From Marsupella aquatica (taxonomy: Eukaryota > Plantae > Marchantiophyta): a stretch of DNA of 64,000 nt. The position numbers and the translations under genes were made by a program. The stretch is taken from contig OZ316894.1 of assembly GCA_973895155.1 (NCBI GenBank), positions 13,308,828 through 13,372,827 on the forward strand, written 5' to 3'. Under the pieces are notes generated by a model. It was not told where the DNA came from. It was given only the letters and a program-made list of their open reading frames with translations, and did no database searches. Shown piece by piece: positions 53,763 to 64,000 of the stretch; within the stretch, counting starts at the first letter, position 1; the number at the start of each line of letters is the position of its first letter.

Positions 53763-54594
53763 ATATATATCAAACTGCCAAAAAACAGAGGGCGCCGAAC
53801 CGGGAGACATGATCCCTCAGGCAAAAGACCCAATCAAGGGGGGAGACCACCAAGGGGCCAAGAAAAGCAAACCCAAAGACAGGAACCCAAGCGCCTACCT
53901 ATCAGCAAACTAGAGAGCCTGGTAAAGCTCCTGTGTGAACTGCATGGGGGGGGGGGGGGGGGGGGGGTCAAGCAAAGGAATCCTACTAGCGGCCCTAAGA
54001 CCAACAGCCTCCCTCCTACGAAGAATAGTGAACGCCTATGCCCGCTGAAGCGCAACAGACACCCTCTGTCTAAAGAATGCAGTGATGACCGACACAGGGG
54101 GATAGGGCCTCCACTCGACGTACTGAACTGCGCAAGAGCGAAGAAAACGGTCAAAGGATGGGTGTAGCGCCCCAAAGACCTCCACGGCAAACGGATAGAA
54201 GAGGTCCCCGGGGTACCGCACAGCATAGGCCTCCTCCTTCAGCCGAGCTGCCCTCGCGGCGGCATGGCCTGGTATATGAGCCGCCGAAGCCACATTGACC
54301 CCACTAGTCGGATCAGCAACAATGACATCCCCAAGGGCACGAACACCAGCGCGAGAGAATACCAAATCTGCTCAACAACGATCAGAAACCCCATCCCGTG
54401 GAGGTAACACATGTCTCTGCTCCATCATGACATGGTAACCAGAATCACGGGCAATGGCCGCCACCACGTCCCGAATGTCGTCGTGTGTCGCAGTCCTCTC
54501 ACTACCATGACCGCACCTGAGAATGTGAATGCCTTGCCCATCAAGGGGCGCTCCACAGACGCAAGTGGGCTGACCCAAGAGGCAAGGGCGCTCC
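53763..54594 (-). mobile_element. 5-prime-truncated non-LTR retrotransposon with CCHC knuckle and restriction-like endonuclease (CRE-like)
   Basis: CVCGAPLDGQGIHILRC...THDDIRD; ADL...DV...AARLKEEAY; FYPFAVEVFGAL; QRVSVALQRA. Short (TA)n tail; TSD ACAATTGTT at 53754-53762 and 54595-54603. Confidence 0.85.
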
Positions 54595-56304
54595 ACAATT
54601 GTTGGCAGTGTGTACACTTGAATTTTGAGAATTAATCAGTAATTTCATTTTAGAGTTTTTGACTTTCTGGACAAATTAGACATAACTATTTTTGAATTGG
54701 ATGCTCGGATGGACCAAGCACCCGAACTTCACGTATAGGAGGGAGTCTACACACCTGTCAGTAAGGAGAAAGGACAAAATACATGGGAGAAAGGACAGAA
54801 TACATGGGAGAAAGGACAAAATGCATCTGAGTTCCTGGTTCATTGAGATTTTGGACCGACTCTGCTGACATTTAGCATTCTGTCAATGTTTAGCAGCCTT
54901 CCCATCAGGCCTTCCAGGAGGCATGCTTTGTACTGGACATTGCTAGTGAAAGTAATAAGCAGCCATTTGGTCAAGCCTTCCAGGACACATGCTTTGTATT
55001 GACAATGCTTGTGGAAGGGAGGGCAAACAAGGAAAAAAGGGGACTCAGTTACAGTATGAGCTTTTAACAAATTGTGAAACAACAAACCACTAGCGGTCTC
55101 TTCTCGTTCTCTTGCTAATTAGTCTCGATGCTAAGACAATAAAATTCTCAGTCAAATTGGTTGCTATTTAGTCTCGATGCTAAGCTCAAATAGTTTTGAG
55201 TTTGCCAGCTAGTCTTGATGCAACGCTTAGATGTTTCTGATTCAAATAGATTGCTAATTACTCTTGATGCTGAGCTCAAATGATTCTGAGTTGAATCAAT
55301 TAGACATCTCGGGAGAATAACTCTGTACAAGGAATATTGAGAAACTTCATTGATGGAATGTGAGAACATTTAGACAATAAAACAAAGCAAGAAACAAAGC
55401 AACTCAAAATTCAATCAATAAGAATGTAGCTCTCAATTTAAAAAACCAGAAGCAATCGAGGCTGAGCTTGAATGATCAGTTTTCAACAAGCTTGAATGAC
55501 TAGGTTGGACAAGAAAACTCAAGAACACCCACAAACAGGCTGCAATGATTCAGTATGGAAACACCAGTACTATTATGTTATCAATCAACCAGAAATTGTC
55601 AAATAATTGCATCAACATAATTTTTTTTGAGCAACCATTAACTTGTGCATTCATTCTGGTTCATAACTTTCTGGTCTGTTATCGAAATCAGGTGATTGTT
55701 GGCTCGCTAAAAACCTGATTCGATTCCACTTCTAACAAGTTACCTAAAGTTGACTATTCAAAGAGAAATGTCAATCGCAATTCTTGATAAGAGATTGGAC
55801 ACGTAATTTCTCAACATTAAACTGTCAAGGCTGTTTTCAGTCAATTCGATTCAATCTCCCTGACCTGAGCTCCATTCGTTCCAATTTCAATTGCATAAAG
55901 ATCGTAGCTACCTGGAGTTGAACAACAAAGTATCTTTATGAGACATTGCTGAATCGTTTTCTCAGCATAATTCAGAGAGTGACACCCAATTTTCTGCAAG
56001 GAGAAGAGATAGAGATGGAGCCAGAAGCTTCAACTCTAGTCAAGAGCATTTGACATTCAATTCCAAGCAAAGCGGATGCGTCATTTCATCTCTGAGTAAT
56101 CTTGAAGAAGGGGTGTAACGTTCAGCTAAGGCCGGTAAAGAAAACCTAGCAAACCATTCTGCAGCTTGAGTCGACTATTGTGGGTCAAGTGAAACAGCAC
56201 AGCACGGTAAAGTTGTGGATGGACTACCCGCTAATCTGAACAAATGGACTACCGGCTAATCTGAACGTAGAACTGGCTGTGGCAGGTGCACGCAGCTTTA
56301 CAGG

Positions 56305-59300
56305 TCACCGTAGGGACAAAAAATAATGCGTGCTATCCGAGCAAATAACAGCTTTGAGTGCAATCCAAGGGGCTTGCGCTTGTCCAGGGGAGCATTTTGT
56401 CCCAACGTCCTGGTCCATTCGAGCTTCACTTTCAAGTATCTTCACATCGGATAATGAAAATTTTGTAGCAAATTCGTGTCGCGCCATAGAAATTTGTACG
56501 TCTCGTAGCGGGTTTCAACATTAAATTATGTTTACAATAGGAACGGAAATGCGAATATTGAAAAACCTCTAATCTTGTAGTGTTCCGTTCTGTTCTATAA
56601 ATACTTGGCAATCAGAAGGAAAATTTCCCTTCACTGAAAAACTAAGCGGGAAAATTATTTCTGTCCCTCTGGCAAATCCTACTTATTTAGTATCTCAGTT
56701 GGCAAAGTAATTAGTTCTCACAAAAACACAAATCCTTTGACTTCCCTTCTACCAATAAGTAAACCATCCTGTTTCAACTTTATAAAAAAATAAATAAAAA
56801 TAAATTAGAAAACCTCATCAAAAGCCACTGTGCCCGGATCTCCATCTTCCCAGTCCAAATCTTTGGAATCTGGTTCCCTGTCAATATGGAATACAGGAGT
56901 TTCCAGAGCTGGAGGAGCCTGCACAAGTACACTCATAAAATGCCACGTCAATATCCTAAGCTGTAGAATAGCGCGACTACTCAGCGCACATGGAAGGCAC
57001 CCCCGATTAAGTGTGACGTCAACATGCTTACTAATTTTTCCAATTTAGAGGGAGCCAACCGATTCTGGCATGGTGCGGAGAGGGATTGGACTAGGGTCCC
57101 TGAATTGTGTACTGCTTGCTTTCAAAACAGTAATTCACTAGTAAGAATACAGTGATAAACTAAGGATGCGGATGTAGATTTTACTAACAAACCTAAATGA
57201 AACTGGAGATGTGTAGTTCACAAGAATCTCTAATAATTGAGCATGGATTTAAACGCGATCCATTTAACAAGTGAACGATTGAATCAACACCAAAGTCATT
57301 GAAACCATTGCAATTGGGCAACCCATCAACCGCCAGATCACCCGAGAGGAAGGTTACGCCCAGCTTCGGATTGGCCCAGAATGAGCATGAAACCTTATTA
57401 CCTGTGGCAAACATTTCATCACTAAAGGTTTTTTTACTATCTATACAGACCACTTTCCTATTTTTTATACCAACCTAACGAAGAGCATGAGGTAAGCCTG
57501 GTCCTCAAATGCGAGTTATATAATGAGGGTCTCGTAGAATGTCGTTCAAGCAAGAGTACATCGCTTTGTTGAGCAATTTCTTGGTAGACTTCACCATCAG
57601 ACGAGTTCGCATCTTTCGTTAATCTTGCCCATGATCAGAATTGCTGCTGGATAAAATATAGTTTCTGTAGAACTGCCGTACCTTGTGCAATGCAGCATTC
57701 AACTGCACACACTAAGAATTTTATAAAAGGTCTCCACTTCAACAGAATTCACAGTTTTCCAAGTAGCAAAGCTCAGTGTGAACTGGATCTGGCAGTTTCC
57801 AAATTGTGGCGAGTCATATTGAGCACTCCTGGCGCTGAAAAAACCCACATGAAATATACGGATGGCTTTACCATTCAAGTCTTCCAGTCTCCATTTTCGA
57901 ATGATCCTCTTCTTTGGTTAGTGACAACTCTTCTCCTCCTCACAGCTCGCCAGTGTCGGTTTCATAAGTGATTATAGAGAAGATGTTCCTCCAGTGTAGA
58001 GTTTACGATTGACTGGTAGTAAGGGAGGTCTGCTATTAGAGGGACAGTAAAGTCCAATAACTTTACGTCTTTCTGTCAGAACGATCCTCTGTAGGCAGTT
58101 AAAGTTCGTTATACTCAGACTTGGGTCTCAAGAAAACAGACCAGCGCATTAATAGCAGCTGTCCTTCAGATCTTTCAGGTTGGACTCAGCGAAAGGATTT
58201 TGGGGATAGCCAGTTATGAGTCTGAAATACCTACACAATAGGTCCCCACCGTTATCCATGCTTTGCAGAAGGACTCTTTGCATTGAGGTCTGATTATGAG
58301 CCTAGTTTTTCAAAAGTTTTGCCAGCACCACTTGTGAGCACATTCATCCAGATCAGTAGGATAACAGAGTTGGACCAGATTGACCGTGCATTCTTTGAGA
58401 ACACCTTTAAGGAAATCTCTAAGGTGAGTTCTAGGACAGGGTATCCACCGTGATTACACTTTGAAGGAACGTGTTGCTTCCGTCCACCACAATACAGGAG
58501 TTGAATGTCCATACAAGGATCACTAAAAACAGGATGGTAGTGTCAATACGATACCCCAGCTTCTCCTCCTAACAACAGTCCATCATTTGTTCAAAGGTAA
58601 CGCTTGTTCGTTCGCATATATACATAGAAGTATCCGACCAAAATAGGCAATGAGAGCTACCCTTTGGCACTATCTGTCCTCCTGCTCTGCGCCCGGAGCA
58701 AATGTGACCCAAAACTAGACGTGATCGGCGAAAAATTGATCGTCAACTTATTGCCCAACTCTTGTTAGACAACTCGATTCGTCCTTGACGCTTTGCTAAT
58801 GGTGTTGCAAATTTTCCACCAGGAAAGTTTGTATTTTCCTTTAGCACGTCAGAAGTACCTTCCTCACATTGAGACCAAAAAGAATCGTGTAAAACACGCA
58901 ACCACTAATTATATTTCATGGATCATGGCCTCCTTAGTGCTGACTAATTTCAGGCCACCTTCTGTATTGGAAGGAGCTGGCAAGGTAGACTAGGGTTTCC
59001 TTCAAAGCCAAGGAAGACGTTCATTTGCAAGTGGAGAACGGCGGTCTTGAAAGACAGGAACATCCATGGCTGCTGTGTTAACGGTCTGAGATGTCGAGGA
59101 TCCCAACTTGCTCTCTGATGGGCCTTTCTTAATCGGAAAATAGTGCAACATCTACTACAAAGGTGACCTTTTGTACGACGTTGTGTCAGGGCCAGCACTA
59201 CACTGGTGGTCTCCTGAACTGAAGGCTGAATCCCAAAATGTGGGGACTGCTACCGAACCGAAATTTTGTCGGAGTATAGGCGAATTTGGTGGGAGGTGGT

Positions 59301-62300
59301 GGAGGTGATGGAGGCTCACAAGGACGAAATTAAAAAGAGACGTACCTCCTATTTGAATGCGAATATGAAAGATAACCCCGAGAAATTTTCAGCCAGCTAC
59401 GCAAATCCATTCCACTAACAGACTTTATTTGTTCGGAGAATGTATGACTTGCATTCCGAATTGTTGGAACTTTCATAAACATGGATTGGCTAGGAATTGA
59501 ACCTAAAACCCTCCCGTGTATATCATAGTGCTCTACAGCTGAGCTACAACCCCTTCATGCCTGCACCGTCTCTGGTTTGAGTGTGGTTCATTTACAACAC
59601 CCTCCCTTGAGCCACACTTGCTTCAAGAGAATTACTGATCTTTGGCTCCGATACCATGTTGGAACTTTCAAAATGGACCGACGAAGAATTGAACTTAGGA
59701 CCCTTCCGTGTATATCGTAGTGCTCTACTACTGCGTTACAGGCCCTTCATGCCTGCACCGTCTGCACCATCTCTGGTTTGAGTGTGGTTCACTTCCAAAA
59801 GGAATGAAAATCACTTCAGTGTCGAGCATTAGCAGACCCAAATCCACCTTATCTAGAACAGATCTAGGCAGTGTGTGCAGAGAACGACCGCTGGATTACT
59901 GAGCAGGAGGTGACAATGTAGGGGTGAGTTTACGCCCCTGAGTGGCAATGGATGAACGAGCGTAACCCCCGAGTATACCTTTGCTCTATTTTTGACCTGA
60001 AAGTTGCGCCTGATATTTGATAACCCTCCCGACGAGCCTAGTCAAGGGGGATGAAATCTCATAACCCCCGGGGCCAGGCAGGGGGATTATAGCTCATAAC
60101 CAAACATAGATATACAAAGGGAAAAGTTGAGGGATTTACGTAAGGCTGAAGGACTCGAAAAACCACAAACCGGGTGATAGGAACCTTAGAAATACACTTC
60201 TCGGCTATTTTGAGGAAGCCCATGATCAGATCCATTGCTTCCTTAACTCCATCCGAGGACTGACATAACACCTGCCAGGTGGAGTCTAGACGTGATTGTT
60301 AACGGCTTCGACAAGAATTCCCAGATATTAAACTCATTAAGAAGTGTGCCTTACCGTTGTGGCCATAGAACCATATCTAAGGGAACTAACAATGGTCTGA
60401 GCTTCAGCACAAGAAACTCAAGGTTACCTGCGAAAAATCAAACCATGCGAAACTGCACCTGGATCAAAGCATGTGAGCTCGGAACCTTAGGATGAAATGA
60501 AGGTCAATCCAGCGGAAAGCATCAAGAAGGCGATGATCTAGGACCACCAGAAGCTTGGAGACAGATCTCTTCTATTCAGAGCTCGGGGGATTAGATTCTA
60601 GAATGATGTGGAAGCTTTTTAAGGGGTAGGAGGTCTTCACTGGATGAAACTGAGCTACTGAAGTTAGACTACGATGCATTGGCCTAACATGCTCAACACT
60701 AAGAAAAAGGATCAAAGAGCTGCAACGTGAGTGGAAGAATGAGCTTTGTACAGCCAAAACTTACGATGAGTACAGCTAATATAGGGTTTTAAAGTCTCGA
60801 CTCAACAGTTTCCACTGAAGCATCAAAACGAGAATACCAACCTGCAACAATCTATGTGATAATGGCTGCAGCTATCCTTTCCAAACTATTCAAACTATCC
60901 AAAAGCTCGTCAGGCATATACTCCGCAATATGCTCAAGTAAGTCCTTTCCCTCAGAACAGTATGCCTTGCGATGATTTAGGTAGTACATTTTTTCTTCTG
61001 CAACAACATACGCAAGAGATCTGATGTGGCGATGCCCGATCCAGTCATCATGCATGATATCCTTTTAGAAAACGTCCATATCAAACTTCTCTTCTCCGAG
61101 TTTAACTACATAGCGTCCAGATCACAAATATAATTCTTGAACTAAAGAATTTAAAGAACAATGGTAGGCCTCTAATGGAGTTCTCATCCGTTTTTCTTTG
61201 CCAACCTCTTTGAAAATTCACGAAGCTCACTTTTCATCTGTCGAAAAAATGTTTAGGCAAAAGGGTTGAAAAGAGCTCATATTGATGCGATTGCATATCC
61301 AGGTATCATCACGCAGGGCAATGGAAATAAAACAAAGAGCCTGCTCATTCAGTGCCTTCCGTAAGATATGATGAATGATACATTAAAAAGTTGGCCGTAA
61401 GAGAAATGTGAGATTTCAATAAATAAGTTCATCGAATATTTCAGATAATTGTACTGAGTTTTAAAGCACTAAATATAATTCCAGAGAGACGAAATGACTT
61501 AAATGAATAAGGACGCACAGCATGAATAACAACAATTTCCAAGAGACGCCCAGTGTCTAGAACCGGAACGACCTAAAGGTCCTGAAGCAAGAAGCTAAGT
61601 CGCTTGCCAATCAGATTCCCTGATCTCAGCCAGGTATTCCAATGAGCCGACCTATGTTCTCTAATCTGAACGGGATAGAATTTGGAAGACTGATTACAGT
61701 GCTTCTCTAAATAGGAGGGGGTCTAGCCCTAGCTTCAACGAACATGCATCGAATATGAAATGCTCCTAATCATCTTCTATTTGTCTATCACAATTGTTGC
61801 AGTACTCTCTCTGCTCACTTCTAAGACGGAGAAACTCCACTCGCACATCTCCACAATCTACAGGACCATCATGTAGTGTGTGCTGACTGATTTTTGTGAA
61901 ACTATGCAAGAAAAGCTTCTGGACACGTTTCAGCACATCATACCAGACTTGTTGCAGGCCTCTGCATCTATGTTTCGTATTGCCACTACTGGAAGATCTT
62001 AAAAAGAAGGTCAACTCCGCAAATTTCAGATGCTACGCATTCAGATTCCATAGCTAAAGCGTTCTTCATGTGAGTAGATCAGGCACTAGTCTCTTCAAAT
62101 TTTCTAACCCGCGTTCAAAGTTGAGACCTTCATACCGACATAAACGAAGTCCTGTAAAAATGGGAACACAAAGATGATTGATGGAAAATCAATCTGAGGA
62201 AGAATATGTCACTGTGCTCAGTTGGTGGCCAGACGGAGCCCCCAAAAAACATGTGCCGTATCCTCGAGGCCATAGACAAAGTCGGTGGCCAAAGAAGAGT

Positions 62301-64000
62301 ATGTTGGTCTAGTCCCAGTCTACTTGCATTAGTCATTTCCCTCAGGAGGACCTTCCTTATGAAAACTCCGAGTAAAACCTGGAAGATAAAGTAGATGCAA
62401 AAGAAATCAATTAAACTGGGAGAATAAATCTTGTGTCATGCCATGTAAAACGGATAGGCTCAGTTAACTCGTGCTTCGAGTGCACTCAACCTGAAGCGTC
62501 GTGGTATAAAATTTTGAATGAAGTCTGCAAAGGTTACAGGATCCCAATTTCTTGAAGATAATCCCATAGCTATTGCCTTGGACTTTAGACAAAAATCTTT
62601 GCTGAAATTCACTGTAGAGGACTCAATTTGGAGGCATCCACTGCAAGTACTTGGAGCCTGAGCCTGAGCTGTTTTGACGAGCTCAGTACGTTCAGTTCCA
62701 ATCGACGAGCCACAATTCAAGGTCAAATCTTCTGTGGCTACGTCATCAAATGACTCTGCTTGCTCATTCTGCGTTTGGGCACTAAACTCGCCAGGACATC
62801 CCCATTTCCCTGCATTGAATCACTCATCTGCAAGACGTAACAATAAGAATTTGTTTTGCCCATCATGACGAACAATGTCAGATGCCGAGAAACGGCAGGA
62901 GAATCGCAGCAATAAGCCTATCTTCATACAAACTAGCCTCTCTGAATTTTAATCCAAAGAAATCTGTCGAATCTAAGACTGCCTAAAAACTCCGCATTAC
63001 GCGTCCCGCTGGGCGTTTATATTAAGGTTCAGACGCAGATGGACGGGCCTCGGTCAGACAAGCAGACCTATATGCTTCCAAAACTTCTTTCTCTAGGCTT
63101 CAGTAACGTTTCGATTCCAGTTCACTTGGCTTGCACTCTTTAGCAAAACCATTTTCACAAGCTGATCATTCTGGCAGTTTTTCTAGCGAGGAGGTGCTGC
63201 TATGTCTTGAGCCAGGTCTCCTTTGATAACTCGAAACGATGAGGCCTTCTTTGAGTCAGCCCTTCTTGCAGTAGCAAACGTTGGTTTGCCCACTCCTTGC
63301 AAGGTAACCAGGTAATGACGCTTGCTGAGGAGCCACGTGATCAAGAAAATGTTTAGTCTACCTCAGGAGCAAGCTCCGGCCCAAAAAGGGCTTTAGCAAG
63401 AGTGAGACAGCCAAATGTCAGTCCCATAAGCAAGAGGGAACCCATTCAGGCACGAGGTCAAGATGAGAGCACAACCTAACGGCAATGGCAGAGAATCTAC
63501 CTGAGGCCACTTCACAACGCTCCAGTGTATGCTGAAGAAAGGTAATGAATTTCCAGCACTGACATTTTCCAGCACTGAAATTTCGCAGGAACTTGCCCAG
63601 AACCAGCGCAAGAGTATCAGATACAGTGCTGCCATGCTGTATTGAAACATTTCTGTAACCAGAACTTTTATGGCCTCTCCAAGCTGGAGGATATTGACCA
63701 TTGCTAAGGGGCTCACATTTCGTTCACACTAGGAATTTGAACCGTCTGCCTGGCCTGCAAGATGTGGATTTCGGGGGAGTAGCAAGAGTTCCATTTGTTC
63801 TCAAATATTTCTTTGTAAATTTCAAATAGCTCTAGCCTGGGATAGCGCCGTTTATCTGCGCTCAGTGGAGATCTTTGTCACAACGTACTCTAATCCCAAG
63901 TGTAACTGGTGACACTATCAATGTCTTCCTTACCGAATTTCCTTTTGCCTCTGGAGTCCATAATCCAAGGATTTTGTGGCCGCGAACCTTGAACCCTGAA
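56305..64000 (-). pseudogene. Probable large, degraded multi-exon gene of unidentified family
   Basis: Protein-like minus-strand segments bounded by splice-like sites (e.g. 56814-56918 APPALETPVFHIDREPDSKDLDWEDG; 60852-61110; 61766-62014) with frequent stops. No family recognised. Confidence 0.35.
59462..59800 (-). mobile_element. TRIM with tRNA-derived LTRs
   Basis: LTRs 59462-59599 and 59657-59800 start TGTTGGAA; 57-bp internal region with PBS TGGTATCGGAGCC and PPT AAGGGAGGG (minus); TSD CGAAT/GGAAT. Each LTR holds tRNA A- and B-box-like sequences. Confidence 0.9.

Noticed and set aside
52675-55290. Short tandem duplications (~52675, ~53393, ~54765, ~55120) as a structured array
   Set aside because: Unrelated units with 2-4 copies each; ordinary local duplications.
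59480-59555. Functional tRNA gene
   Set aside because: The anticodon arm pairs poorly and the sequence is duplicated as part of two LTRs.

Overview
Eukaryotic, plant-type genomic DNA: GT-AG introns, TTTAGGG motifs and plant TE classes. A non-seed land plant is my guess, not established. Two intact host genes (NAC-alpha, 4 exons, minus strand; DCAF13/SOF1, 17 exons, plus strand) sit among nested, mostly decayed transposons: Copia and other LTR remnants, CACTA, Helitrons, an RLE-type non-LTR retroelement and a tRNA-bearing TRIM. The standout is a ~9 kb Mutator-like element (~4335-13241). Head-to-head with its DDE transposase it carries a spliced gene fusing a ParB/Srx-like N-terminal domain to a prokaryote-like beta-class N4C/N6A DNA methyltransferase domain. 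About 15 copies of a 15-bp palindrome, TAGCGCCNGGCGCTA, occur in its introns and intergenic DNA. Two ~335-bp non-autonomous relatives with 9-bp TSDs keep similar ends and degenerate palindromes. This copy is pseudogenised. All family assignments come from motifs read by eye; no database searches were run.
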